64,000 nt of DNA from assembly GCA_963768145.1 (NCBI GenBank), contig CAVYHK010000012.1, positions 10,193 to 74,192 of the forward strand. Direction: 5' to 3'. This stretch comes from an uncultured Bacteroidota bacterium. GTDB taxonomy: Bacteria; Bacteroidota; Ignavibacteria; Kryptoniales; JAKASW01. Positions 37,404-47,818 of this stretch are shown one piece after another. The stretch's first letter is position 1. Every line of letters begins with the position of its first letter. The notes beneath the pieces were generated by a model. It was not told the origin of the DNA, did not search any database, and worked only from the letters and a program-made list of their open reading frames with translations. A program made the position numbers and the translations under genes.

Positions 37404-38419
37404 TTACCCTTCAGACTTAGCTCGACAATTTTTCCCACAAGCTGTTTGAAAGAAATTCCGATTGCCGCGGCAGCTTTGGGGACAAGACTTGTCTCAGTCA
37501 TTCCGGGAATTGTGTTCACTTCAAGACAGTAAGGGATCTGGTCACTGCCCACTCTGAAATCGACACGACCGAAAGTCTTGCAGCCAAGTGACTCGAATGT
37601 ATTGAGCGCGATCTCCTGTAGCTTCACGCTGAATGATTTTTCAATCGGCGCAGGAACCAGATAATCCGTCATTCCTTTTGTGTATTTGTGATGATAATCG
37701 TAAAATCCGTTGTGCGGTCTAATCTCAATTACCGGAAGAGGTTCATCACCCAGGATGCTTACCGTCAGTTCGGCACCAGGGATATACTCTTCAACAAGCA
37801 CAACATCAGAAAGTTTTTCAGCGTCGTCGAGCGCTGCGTCAAGCTCGGATTCACTCTTGACGATCGTGATTGCAACCGATGACCCTTGGTCGTTAGGCTT
37901 GACAACGTTGGGATATCCTAACTGGGAAATCTTCTTTCTGGTTATCGAAGAACGAGGTAGAATGTCTTTGCGATAATCGTACCACTTAGCAGTCGGTATA
38001 CCATGCTGCATGAATAATTTCTTTGACATGACCTTGTCCATCGCAATCGCACTTGCCATGACTCCGGAACCTGTGTAAGGGATGGAAGCCAGTTCAAGCA
38101 GCGATTGGATGACTCCATCTTCACCCCATTTGCCGTGAAGAATGATGAAAGCCAGGTCAAAATGATTATGTGTCTGCATTTCGACGGCGGTTAAATAGTT
38201 TTTCGGCGATAAGCCTCTAAGAAATTCCTGAGAAGGGGGTGTGGTTTCGATTGCTTGTGATAAGAGTTCGAACTCGGAAACCTGATGATCTCCAAGAGCC
38301 GGATCAATAGCGACTGCTTCATATCCCAGTTCTCGAAGCGCTTTGATGATCCCTTTTCCCGAAGCTATAGAGACCAGCCTCTCAGGAGAACTCCCGCCCA
38401 ACAGAACTGCGATTCTCAT
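37400..38419 (-). CDS. ddl: D-alanine--D-alanine ligase
   Basis: GGSSPERLVS, LHGKWGEDG, GSS, YDYHHKY, LEVNTIPGMT..SL. Confidence 0.96.
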   Translation of the reverse strand: MRIAVLLGGSSPERLVSIASGKGIIKALRELGYEAVAIDPALGDHQVSEFELLSQAIETTPPSQEFLRGLSPKNYLTAVEMQTHNHFDLAFIILHGKWGEDGVIQSLLELASIPYTGSGVMASAIAMDKVMSKKLFMQHGIPTAKWYDYRKDILPRSSITRKKISQLGYPNVVKPNDQGSSVAITIVKSESELDAALDDAEKLSDVVLVEEYIPGAELTVSILGDEPLPVIEIRPHNGFYDYHHKYTKGMTDYLVPAPIEKSFSVKLQEIALNTFESLGCKTFGRVDFRVGSDQIPYCLEVNTIPGMTETSLVPKAAAAIGISFKQLVGKIVELSLKGK

Positions 38420-38755
38420 CCAATCTCCAAACTATTCTGTCCCGTATTGTTTGTCAGATGATTCTCGAATACCATTTTTGACTTAACAAGTTATTTAACG
38501 GTGTCCCGAAATACAAACCTCTCCAACTGTTTTGCCTGCTGAATGTTCCGGTTCCGCCGTGAAAATTGTCAAAGCGGCCTTGGTCTCAAATTGCAAGCTT
38601 TCGACAAAAGTGATGAAACCATAACAATTCTTCTTTCGGGGAAGGCAGCCTTTCTATCTGGGAAACGATTGTTTCTGTCACCAGCCGACAGGCGCTTTTT
38701 TTATCTCCAATGTATTCCTAATTTACTTCGTCATGTTTTGCGATGGAAACGGAAA

Positions 38756-39448
38756 ATGAAATCGGGTTATCGCACATTCCTCATTTTTCTAGTATTCCCG
38801 ATGGCATTCGGGTACAATCCAGTCACCGACACATTGAGCCAGAGTTTCGACCTGGATCTTCTGACAGGTCAATCAAATTACTGGACCGGATGCGAAAGTC
38901 CCACTAAGACCATGACTTTTCAGGAAATACATGCGGGATACAGGAAAAAGGTTCAGGATCGAGCGACGATTCATGTTGACGGAGGACTTCTTCCTACCGA
39001 CGTCGAGCCAGTTGACAGTTATGGAGGCGGCAAGAAACTTTATGGCTACATTAATGGCGGGGTTGACTGCGATTGGGAGTATCTTGGTTTTGGCGTGGGT
39101 GCAGGAACAAAAACTTTTCTAGATCCTTATCTGCGACTGGGAAGCAGGAAAATCCTATACGCCGACTTAGGATTCGCACACAAGTTTCCACTGGCATCTT
39201 CAGGAATGTTTACCCTCGGACTTGGAAGCGGATTCGGCACAGAGAAGCTCAATTTGTGGGTTGGCAGCGGGGGATATTTGTTAACCGGCGGCAATGCCAT
39301 AGACAACTCAGATTTTGGCGGTTACAGTGTTAACATCGACTATCGCATCGATGAAAGATTCGCGATCAAGATTGGGGGTCTTAGGGATTTGACCGGGAAT
39401 TCCTCTTCAAAAAGCGCGTGGGTCGGTGTAAGATATTACTTTGAATAG
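38756..39448 (+). CDS. Hypothetical exported protein, probable outer-membrane beta-barrel
   Basis: Signal-like N-terminus, Gly/aromatic alternating strands, ends WVGVRYYFE. Confidence 0.5.
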   Translation: MKSGYRTFLIFLVFPMAFGYNPVTDTLSQSFDLDLLTGQSNYWTGCESPTKTMTFQEIHAGYRKKVQDRATIHVDGGLLPTDVEPVDSYGGGKKLYGYINGGVDCDWEYLGFGVGAGTKTFLDPYLRLGSRKILYADLGFAHKFPLASSGMFTLGLGSGFGTEKLNLWVGSGGYLLTGGNAIDNSDFGGYSVNIDYRIDERFAIKIGGLRDLTGNSSSKSAWVGVRYYFE

Positions 39449-39589
39449 ACGGAAACTGCGATCACCTTACAATCCACCCCTGGGCGCGCAAGTTTTCAAT
39501 ATCAGAAAGTCAACAAGTGGATTTTCTTACAAGAGTTACACGATAACGTCCATTGAGATGTGGAAGGCGTACTTTTGGATTTTGACTCT

Positions 39590-41090
39590 CTACTTCGGCA
39601 CCACAGTGTCGTACCATCTTCTCTTTGCCCGAGGCACGCCGTCGTCGATATGGATGTGTTTTACCTCTAAGTATTCTTCCAGTCCGATTCTGCCTAATTC
39701 TCTTCCAATTCCGCTTTGCTTGTAGCCGCCAAACGGCGCCCGCTCGTTGAGCAAATGCCATTCGTTTATCCAGACCGTCCCGGCTTTCAGCTTTGCCGCC
39801 ATTTCTTTTGCCCGCCCAATGTTTCTGCTCCACACACCGGCCGCAAGACCATACGACGTATCGTTTGCAAGCTCGACCGCTTCTTCATCCGACTTGAATC
39901 TGTTCATCACCAATACAGGTCCGAAAATTTCTTCCCGCGCAAGCGCGGACTTATTGTCAACATCGGCGAAGATTGTAGGCTCAACAAAATTTCCCATTGC
40001 TAATTTGGGGGATACGGGAATGCCGCCGCCAATCAGAATCTTGAAGCCGTCTTTCTTCCCCTCCTCGATGTAGCCGAGAACCCTGTCCCTCTGCTTTCTT
40101 GATATGAGCGGCCCTAAATCGGTCGCTGGGTCCATCGGATTTCCAATTATCATCTTCCCGGTTTTCTCGACAAGTGCAGATGCAAAGTCATCGTAGATGT
40201 TTTCGTGAACATAGAGCCTGCTCGCCGCTTCGCAGCACTGACCGGAATGATAGAACATTCCGAAGATGCTTCCGTCGATTGCAATCTCAAGATCGGCGTC
40301 GTCAAGGACAATGTTTGCAGACTTGCCGCCGCATTCAAGCGTCAGCCGCTTAAGACTACCTGAGCCAAGCTGCATGATCTTCCTGCCGACTGCCGTGGAA
40401 CCTGTGAAGGCAATCTTATCAACGCCCGGATGGATGACAAGCGCCTCGCCCGCATCGGGTCCGTACCCGGAAATTATGTTGACAACTCCAGGTGGTAGGC
40501 CGACCTCGTCGATTATTTTCGCAAGTTCCATCGCCGTGACCGGAGTCAGCTCTGAAGGTTTCAGCACGATGGTACACCCAGCGGCAAGAGCAGGACCCAA
40601 TTTCCAGACCGCTATCCTGAACGGAAAATCCCAAGGTATAATTGCGCCAACAACGCCAACCGGCTCGCGTCGCAAGAAATTTCTCGCGAATCGGGCTTTC
40701 GACACTTCTGAGAGTTCCCATTCATAGTTAGTCACTCCAGCCTTGCCGAATATGTTGACTGCCCGCGCGCTTAATGAGAATATCCTCCTTCGCTTTCTTG
40801 ATCGTTGAGCCTGAGTCGAGAACCTCCAATTCGACAAGCTCGTTCGCAAGGGCACTAATTTTTTTGCCAATCTTTTCAAGATAACCAGCCCTGACTTCTG
40901 GAGAGAGTCCGCTCCATACACCGGATTCGTGAGCCCGCCGGGCTGCGCACACGGCCTCGTTAACGTCTCCTGCCGAAGCAACTGCAAATCTTGCGATGGC
41001 AGAGCCGTCGAAAGGATTCACTGTCACATCATATCTACCACTTTGCGGCTCCACAAATTTTCCATCGATGTAAAGTTTATATTCCTTCAT
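39590..41090 (-). CDS. Aldehyde dehydrogenase, split by one frameshift near 40775
   Basis: N-part MKEYKLYIDGKFV (40728-41090) plus C-part with FTGST, LECGGK, GQCC, EEIFGPV, PFGGYKQSG; removing one base joins them. Confidence 0.85.
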
Positions 41091-41098
41091 GGCGGCGG

Positions 41099-41575
41099 TT
41101 ATTTGATCTTGAATTTCCTTCTTATTTTCTCGACCATCTTCGTATGGTGTTCTGCATGTTCAACCGCATTTTCGAGGAGCCTCAACAGCGTCACTTTCCC
41201 GTCTTCGGTATGGATTCCGTTCCTGTCGAAATCCTTGACGCTCAACTGCTTCAATATCGGCACCATGGCTGCACGAAGTGTAAAGAACATGGCGAGCGCG
41301 TCATCGACTGACGCCTTATCGTAAAACAACCTATCAGTCCATTTGTCTTGGTCGAATGCGGGCAGGAGCGGATTGTCTTCCGCAATGACCTTTTTCATCC
41401 GGTGTACCATGTTCATTTCCGAATCCGCCAGATGACTTAGCTGTTGTCTTATGCTCCATTTCCCGGGCTTGAGGCGTTTGTCCAATTCCGAATACGTCAA
41501 GCCATCCACCGCCGCAATCAAATCGCCGGGCTGGTTCGAGTATTTAACGATCAGTTCCGCAATTTTTGATTTCAT
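41099..41575 (-). CDS. DinB family protein
   Basis: GKWSIRQQLSHLADSE, FDQDKW, HAEHH. Confidence 0.88.
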   Translation of the reverse strand: MKSKIAELIVKYSNQPGDLIAAVDGLTYSELDKRLKPGKWSIRQQLSHLADSEMNMVHRMKKVIAEDNPLLPAFDQDKWTDRLFYDKASVDDALAMFFTLRAAMVPILKQLSVKDFDRNGIHTEDGKVTLLRLLENAVEHAEHHTKMVEKIRRKFKIK

Positions 41576-41601
41576 AGTAATCCCTTTCTTGGTCTAGATT
41601 C

Positions 41602-42088
41602 CTACGGCCTGAACAGTGTCAGGAGCAAGATCATTAGGACGAGAATCCAATTAATCACAAAGAAAGTGGTCTGTTTCCTGTCCAGGGAATCCATCTTTTC
41701 ATCGAATATCTTCCGGCGGATTGGATTGGCTCAAATGTTCGAGGAGAATCAATCGCTGGCGGGCTGTCCTCGGACTCAACGCCATTCCCATAGCAAGCAG
41801 CACGACGAAGATCACTAACTTCATCCCCAGCCACGCCTGGCTTCCAAAGAGTTCCGCAAAAGTAATTCCAAGAGCAACCATATTTCCTATCCCGCTTATA
41901 ACCAAGACGAGTGCGGCAAACGGCGAAAGGAGGCCGATATTCCGAAGAAGTTTTGCCGAATGGAGTTTCATCCTGATGTCGCTTTCCCATCTGAAGTTCG
42001 ACTCGATAATTGGCCCGGCAAAAAGGAGCGTGAAGATCATTCCGAATCCGACAAAATGAAAAAGCCGCGATATGTTGAACCAATTCAT
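41602..42088 (-). CDS. Four-TM membrane protein with a frameshift near 41704
   Basis: MNWFNISRLFHFVG...WLGMKL; removing one base from GATATTCGATG continues as DIDEKMDSLDRKQTTFFVINWILVLMILLLTLFRP*. Confidence 0.65.
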
Positions 42089-42395
42089 TACTCTCTCCTC
42101 AATTGATTTCCTGGTTATAACCAATTTAAGAAACCAGTTCTCAATTATTAAGTTAATTCGATAATTGCCGAAATTCCTTGCCGGGCACTGATGCGCATTG
42201 TCCCGAGCCCACATACCGTCTTTCTCTTCATGTTTCCGGAGCAGCGACGTTCACGGCGCACGCACGACACAAATTCGCTTACAATCATCGGTGTTAGGGC
42301 TATCCCTACCGGGGTCGCTCGACCACTTCAGCCGACCTTGTGCAGTTTCAGAATCTCCGCAAAGTTTGAATTTGGGGATTGAGACCCGCCAAAAG

Positions 42396-42935
42396 TTATT
42401 TCATCGGGTTGTTCGGCCCCGCCTGAGCAATTCTCTTCAGACCCTCGATTCCTGTTTTGTCAAGAAATAAATAGAGCGACGACGGGCCAGCGAGACCTTC
42501 TCCGTTGATCTCGATCAGAAATCTAGTCGCCAAAGCAACCTGCAATTTTGCCCGATGCGAAGTGCTGTCGAAGGTCTCAATGACGTTCATGCTGTCGTAA
42601 CTCACGGTCTTTTTCTGCTCTGAGCCAACTGGACGAGCTGGATTCTCCGCGGGCGTCGGCGGCAAAGACATGTATGAAGGTATGTTAAGCATATCGGTGA
42701 TCTTGATGGAGACCGTGCATTTGTTCGAATCCGATGATGATGAGTATTTAACCTGAGCCCAAGAAGTTGCGAACCCCATCATGGATGACGTCTCGCCATC
42801 CATTTTTCCACGCGCGTAGGTCTGAAAATCTCCACGAGGAAGGAATTGCTGCAACTCTTTGAACCCCAGTACCTGCGGCTGTGCTGTTGCGGATACAGAA
42901 AGGAGAAGAGAAACGTAAAACAACGATTTATTCAC
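42396..42935 (-). CDS. Hypothetical exported protein
   Basis: GTG start after GAGGAG, signal peptide ending ATA-Q. Confidence 0.6.
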   Translation of the reverse strand: MNKSLFYVSLLLSVSATAQPQVLGFKELQQFLPRGDFQTYARGKMDGETSSMMGFATSWAQVKYSSSSDSNKCTVSIKITDMLNIPSYMSLPPTPAENPARPVGSEQKKTVSYDSMNVIETFDSTSHRAKLQVALATRFLIEINGEGLAGPSSLYLFLDKTGIEGLKRIAQAGPNNPMK

Positions 42936-42954
42936 GGGGAAGTTCTCCTCTTTA

Positions 42955-44160
42955 TCAATTTGACAGCAAAAGACATGGCCTGTCAATATCGCCGTAAGCA
43001 CGGCGCATCGCCTGGAGAAACTCTGCAATCAAGTACTTGCCTATCGAATCTGCGAGCTCAAGAGGCCCCTTCGGGAGATTCATTCCCAATTTCATCGCAA
43101 GGTCTATGTCATCACCCGCCGCAACACCTTCTTCCAGCATGAAGAATGCCTCGTTGACCATCATAGAAATTGTGCGGGCAAGAATGAAATGCTGCATGTC
43201 GTTCAACGGATGCTTCATTTCAAGTTTCCCACCCATCTTGTGTGCCATCTCGCGGAGACTTTCGCTGACAAAAATCTCGCGTCGATCTATTTTCAAGGAT
43301 GCTCTTGAGCCCTTTCCGTTATAAGAATAAAAACCCTCTCCGCTTTTTCTGCCGAGCAACCCCCCGTCCACCATCTTTTGCTGAAGGAGGACCGGCCTGA
43401 ATCGAGGCTCATGGAAAAACTGCTCATAGATGGATTTTGACACGAGCAAGTTGACATCAAGGCCCGCGAGATCGAGAAGTTTAAAAGGTCCCATAGGGAA
43501 GTTCGATGATTCGAAGGCGAAGTCTATTTCTTCGATGCTTCCTGCTCTTTCCGAAATAAATCGAAGCGGCTCGAGATAGAAATGCCGAACACATCGATTG
43601 ACGACGAACCCAGGCATATCGCGCGTTACTATCGGAGTTTTGCCGATTTGCCGCACGATCTGGGCAAGCTCGACCGCTGTCTCTTCGGACAGGAAAGCTG
43701 TTTTCACAACTTCGACGAGTTTCATCTTGTGAGCTGGGTTGAAGAAATGAAGCCCAGCAATTTTGTCACGCCTCTTACAGTCGCGGGCGATCGCTCCAAT
43801 TGAAAGGCTGGAAGTGTTCGACGTGAGCGGCACACCCGAGTCGCAAATCTCATCGAGCTTCGCAAAAAGAGCCTGCTTGATTGGGAGATCTTCAGTGACA
43901 GCTTCGACGACGAGATGCACCTCCGCAAAATCGGCGAGGAGCATGCGTGGGTGGATTCTCGCAATCGAAGCCTGAGCGTCCTCAGCGCTGATTCTTTCCT
44001 TCTCAACTTCCCGCTGAAATTCCTTGCTGATCACTCCGAATGCGTGCGCGACATTTTCCTTCTCCACATCATAGAGCAAAACGTCCCAGCCGCTCCGCGC
44101 AAACGAGATGGCGATGCCGGCACCCATCGTTCCGGTACCGGCTATTCCTACAGCCTTCAT
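42955..44160 (-). CDS. paaH: 3-hydroxyacyl-CoA dehydrogenase (PaaH-like, duplicated C-terminal domain)
   Basis: GTGTMGAGIA, VEAVTE, SNTSSL, GLHFFNP, PMGPF, PKGPL. Confidence 0.85.
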   Translation of the reverse strand: MKAVGIAGTGTMGAGIAISFARSGWDVLLYDVEKENVAHAFGVISKEFQREVEKERISAEDAQASIARIHPRMLLADFAEVHLVVEAVTEDLPIKQALFAKLDEICDSGVPLTSNTSSLSIGAIARDCKRRDKIAGLHFFNPAHKMKLVEVVKTAFLSEETAVELAQIVRQIGKTPIVTRDMPGFVVNRCVRHFYLEPLRFISERAGSIEEIDFAFESSNFPMGPFKLLDLAGLDVNLLVSKSIYEQFFHEPRFRPVLLQQKMVDGGLLGRKSGEGFYSYNGKGSRASLKIDRREIFVSESLREMAHKMGGKLEMKHPLNDMQHFILARTISMMVNEAFFMLEEGVAAGDDIDLAMKLGMNLPKGPLELADSIGKYLIAEFLQAMRRAYGDIDRPCLLLSN

Positions 44161-45002
44161 CAGTCTGAAATCACTCCGCCTTCATCAACTTTCCCCCAGT
44201 CGGGTTTCCAACTGGGAAGATTCAATCCGCATTCGCTGCATTTCAATCTCATTTCATCGGCAAACGCCTCGCGAACAATGTTGTTGTCTCTTTGCTTAAG
44301 CCCATATTTCCTGTAGACCTCATTCCGATGAGTTTTTGGTCTGCCGAATATGTTCATTGTTCGCGGAAACCATTTATCCAATGCCGCTTGCACCTCTATC
44401 TTGCTTGTTTTGTTAAGGGCTAACTTTTTTATCCAATAGTCGGCATGGTTCACATGTGCCATTCCCTCATTGAAAATACGCTCGATTTCCCTTTTCCACG
44501 GGCCGTACGTAGACTCTTTTACTTCCTTAAGCTGGTGGCCTGCACCGCGATCCACACAAAACCGGAAGACGATGAAATCTACCCAGGCACCTATCGGATA
44601 GCAGAAAATATTCAAGCGCCTGTCGTCCGAGACCCGCCTGTTCTTCAATTCGTCCGATTTCATTTCCACCCTGAACGTATAATCGTACTTTGCTACGTGA
44701 GAATCGACATCGATGCCCAGGTCCTCGAGAAGTCTGTACATTGCTCTCGCATGGCGCAATTCGTCTTTGACTAAGTCTGCAACGACAAGTTTCTCTTCGG
44801 TAGTAGGGGCTTGCAAAATCCAAGGCACGCACCCGAAAGCTGCGGCAAGCTCCGAGTCCGCTTGCTGGAGCATGAGATTGACAAGATTCTCGAAGTAGCC
44901 ATCGCTCATCTCCTCCCTGTTTTCTATCGTTTCACCCGAGCGAATCTTCTCCCACATCTTTTTTTCTCGTTCCTCGTTGGAGAGCTTTGACGTGACTACC
45001 AT
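44160..45002 (-). CDS. Phenylacetyl-CoA epoxidase subunit (PaaA/PaaC ferritin-like family)
   Basis: QADSEL, APT.EEK...KDELRH, SxYGPW, Q.ALDKWFPR.M..FG, GLK.R.N motifs. Confidence 0.8.
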   Translation of the reverse strand: MVVTSKLSNEEREKKMWEKIRSGETIENREEMSDGYFENLVNLMLQQADSELAAAFGCVPWILQAPTTEEKLVVADLVKDELRHARAMYRLLEDLGIDVDSHVAKYDYTFRVEMKSDELKNRRVSDDRRLNIFCYPIGAWVDFIVFRFCVDRGAGHQLKEVKESTYGPWKREIERIFNEGMAHVNHADYWIKKLALNKTSKIEVQAALDKWFPRTMNIFGRPKTHRNEVYRKYGLKQRDNNIVREAFADEMRLKCSECGLNLPSWKPDWGKVDEGGVISD

Positions 45003-45251
45003 CTTATTTTCCTTTCCCGATACGACAGACCAGCCAGACTACCACGCCAGTATAGGGGCACAAAAGAATATTTTAGTCTAAACGTTTCATTATCCTTGGT
45101 GCTCTGAGCAGACTATTCATTAATTTTTTTACGATCGCTCTTTACCAACGCTCGCCGGCCACGATTCTCGCGGCTCCAAAACCTAAGCTGAAACGTTCCA
45201 TATCAAACTCAGCTGCTCTGTTCATTTCAATTGAGGATTCAGGCCGCGAGT

Positions 45252-46061
45252 CTATGCAGACTCCACAGGAACCAACTGCGTTTCACCAATTCTTCCGGAA
45301 ACAGTCGGTTCTTTCAACAATCTGAATTTTCGCAAATAATTCAATACGGACCGCATGTCTTTCGGCATTTCCGCCGAGAATGAAACCTGCGCTCTGGTCG
45401 CAGGGTGCACAAACGAAATCGATTCCGCATGAAGAGCGGTTCTTGAAAGCAGCGGTTTTTCATCACCTTCGGAAAAGTATCTGGGCTTGACCTGTGATAG
45501 AAAGAACGGCTTCCCGTCTCCATAGATTCGGTCGCACATAATCGGAAGCCCGACGGATGCGAGGTGTACCCTGATCTGATGGGTTCGCCCAGTTGACGGG
45601 GTCACTTTAATATATGCGTAACCGTCAAACTTTTCGATCACGCTGTAGCTTGTCCCGGAGGGTTTGCCATGTTTGTGATCGATCTTCGAGACTCCGGGAT
45701 GTTTCTGGCTTTCTGAAATAGGAGCATCGATGATCCCAACGTCTTCCTTCGGCGTCCCGACAACAATCGCCCGGTAAGTCTTTTCCACTTCCCTGTTCCC
45801 GAACTCCGAATTGAGTGCCGCATGTGTCTCCGCATTCTTCGCAAAGACAATCACACCGCTGGTCTCTTTGTCGATTCGGTGCACCACAAATACCTCGCCA
45901 AGCTCTTCCCTCAGCATGCGATTCAAGTTCGGAAGAGACTGGTTGTACCGGTCCGAAAGGACGAGGAGGTGAGCAGGCTTGTCAATCACGATAATATTCT
46001 CGTCCTCAAAAATTATCGAGCCATTATGAGACCTCAATACAAAATCAATTTTCCGTTTCAT
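45252..46061 (-). CDS. RluA-family pseudouridine synthase
   Basis: VIDKPA, VHRIDKETSG, TGRTHQIRVH, LHA. Confidence 0.93.
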   Translation of the reverse strand: MKRKIDFVLRSHNGSIIFEDENIIVIDKPAHLLVLSDRYNQSLPNLNRMLREELGEVFVVHRIDKETSGVIVFAKNAETHAALNSEFGNREVEKTYRAIVVGTPKEDVGIIDAPISESQKHPGVSKIDHKHGKPSGTSYSVIEKFDGYAYIKVTPSTGRTHQIRVHLASVGLPIMCDRIYGDGKPFFLSQVKPRYFSEGDEKPLLSRTALHAESISFVHPATRAQVSFSAEMPKDMRSVLNYLRKFRLLKEPTVSGRIGETQLVPVESA

Positions 46062-46104
46062 CTTTTCTGTCCTAAACTTAAACCTATCAACGCCCAGCGA
46101 TTAA

Positions 46105-46899
46105 CTACTTCCCTTTCCATTGTGGTTTGCGCTTCTCCACAAAGGCCCTCATACCTTCCTTCTGATCTTCACTTGAGAACAGCATGTAGAAATTTTTTCT
46201 CTCAAACTCCAGTCCAGCCTCGAGCGGCATCTCAAAACTCTTCAGCACGGATTCCTTCGCAAGCCTCACAGCTACTGGTGGTTTGGAAGCGACAATTGCC
46301 GCTAATTTCTTTGCCTCCGTCAAATACAACTCAGTGGGGACTACTTTGCTGACCAATCCTATCCGCATCGCCTCTCTCGCATCAAACATCTCACCGGTCA
46401 AAACAATTTCCATCGCCTTGTGCTTGCCAACGGTTCTTGCAAGTCGTTGCGTGCCACCTGCTCCAGGCATGACGCCCATGTTTATTTCCGGTTGACCAAA
46501 CTTCGCTGTCTCGGAGGCTATAATGATGTCACACATCATCGCAAGCTCGCACCCGCCGCCGAGTGCAAAGCCGCTGACGGCGGCTACCAAAGGCTTTTTT
46601 ATCTTTCTGATTCTATCCCATGTGGCGAAATCGTCTTTCAGCAACATTTCCATCGTATCCGGATCTGCCATTTCCTTTATGTCAGCGCCGGCAGCAAATG
46701 CTTTTTCATTCCCAGTGATGACGATGCAATTTACGGTGTCATCTGAATCGAGTTGTTCCAGACAACTGGTAAGCTCGACCATCATCTCGTGAGTCAATGC
46801 ATTTAGGACTTCGGGACGATTAAGCTGGATTGTTGCAATTGGAGTTTCTTTTGAAAGAAGAATTTTCCTGCCGTCTTCGGAACTTTTTTGAAATTCCAT
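46105..46899 (-). CDS. Enoyl-CoA hydratase (PaaF-like)
   Basis: LNRPEVLNAL, AFAAGADIKEM, ALGGGCE, FGQPE, PGAGGTQRL. Confidence 0.92.
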   Translation of the reverse strand: MEFQKSSEDGRKILLSKETPIATIQLNRPEVLNALTHEMMVELTSCLEQLDSDDTVNCIVITGNEKAFAAGADIKEMADPDTMEMLLKDDFATWDRIRKIKKPLVAAVSGFALGGGCELAMMCDIIIASETAKFGQPEINMGVMPGAGGTQRLARTVGKHKAMEIVLTGEMFDAREAMRIGLVSKVVPTELYLTEAKKLAAIVASKPPVAVRLAKESVLKSFEMPLEAGLEFERKNFYMLFSSEDQKEGMRAFVEKRKPQWKGK

Positions 46900-46922
46900 C
46901 CTCTCTCCGAGTTGGTATGAAT

Positions 46923-46960
46923 GCCGGCACCCTGAATCAGACTCGCTTCAGCATGCAGGC
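46923..46960. repeat. Intergenic imperfect palindrome
   Basis: GCCGGCACCCTGAA...TTCAGCATGCAGGC, 11/14 complementary. Confidence 0.5.
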
Positions 46961-47100
46961 ACGGGAAATTTATTGATGCAATCGAAAAAAAACAAGGAGC
47001 ATCTGCTTTAGAATACACGGGCGTGGCATAATAAGCCCAGATATTCACGGTCAGCGACAACGAATCCGCGAGAATCTACTGAGTTGTCATTTTCAGCCTG

Positions 47101-47808
47101 TTATTTCTTGGCGTTTATTTCCCCGAAGATTGCACTTCCTATTCTTATCATCGTCGCTCCCTCCTCAACCGCAATCTCAAAATCGCCCGACATTCCCATT
47201 GAAAGTTCCAGCATCTCGATCCTGTTGACCGCCTCTTCCCGAATTTGAGAGAATAATTCTCTCAGTTTCACAAAACAATTCCGCACCAGATCATCGTTCT
47301 CAGTCAACGCGCCGATCGTCATCAAACCTTTGACATTGATCGTCTCTAACTTTCCGATCGCCCGTACCAGCTCGATCGCCTCCTTCGGTTGCACCCCACC
47401 TTTACTCGCTTCACCCGATGTGTTTACTTCTACGAGAACTTCCCTCGACTCCCCTCGTTTCTGCAACTGGCGTTCCAATTCGATGGCCACTTCCAGGCGA
47501 TCTACGGAGTGAATATATTTTGTCGGGACATCGAGAAGTTTTTTTACCTTGTTCGCCTGAAGATGCCCGATGAAATGCCACTCGATTTCTCTGTCCCTAA
47601 GTTGTTCAAACTTCGGGATGATTTCCTGGACCCGATTCTCCCCAAATCTAAAGAGTCCAGCATCTATAGCCTCGACGAGTTTTTCCGCAGGAAGAGTTTT
47701 TGAAACTGCGATGAGCTTCACTTCTCGCGATGGATCGGGGGATCTCAGGAGTGCCCGCGAAACCTTCCGGTTTATCTCCGCCACGTTTTCCCCCAGCGCA
47801 GCGCCCAT
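47101..47808 (-). CDS. yggS: PLP homeostasis protein YggS
   Basis: LIAVSKT, FGENRVQE, WHFIGHLQ.NK, LSMGMSGD, RIGSAIFG. Confidence 0.96.
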   Translation of the reverse strand: MGAALGENVAEINRKVSRALLRSPDPSREVKLIAVSKTLPAEKLVEAIDAGLFRFGENRVQEIIPKFEQLRDREIEWHFIGHLQANKVKKLLDVPTKYIHSVDRLEVAIELERQLQKRGESREVLVEVNTSGEASKGGVQPKEAIELVRAIGKLETINVKGLMTIGALTENDDLVRNCFVKLRELFSQIREEAVNRIEMLELSMGMSGDFEIAVEEGATMIRIGSAIFGEINAKK

Positions 47809-47818
47809 TCGGATTTCT

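Noticed and set aside
40770..40780. Programmed ribosomal frameshifting in ALDH or katG
   Set aside because: No slippery sequence or stimulator seen, and several unrelated genes show the same one-base defect
42190..42340. attC-like or REP-like site around GTTAGGGCTATCCCTAC
   Set aside because: Only a short hairpin; no paired R''/R' boxes
43062..43078. CCCTTCGGGA match to palindrome family A in paaH
   Set aside because: It encodes the conserved PKGP motif; no insertion is needed to explain it
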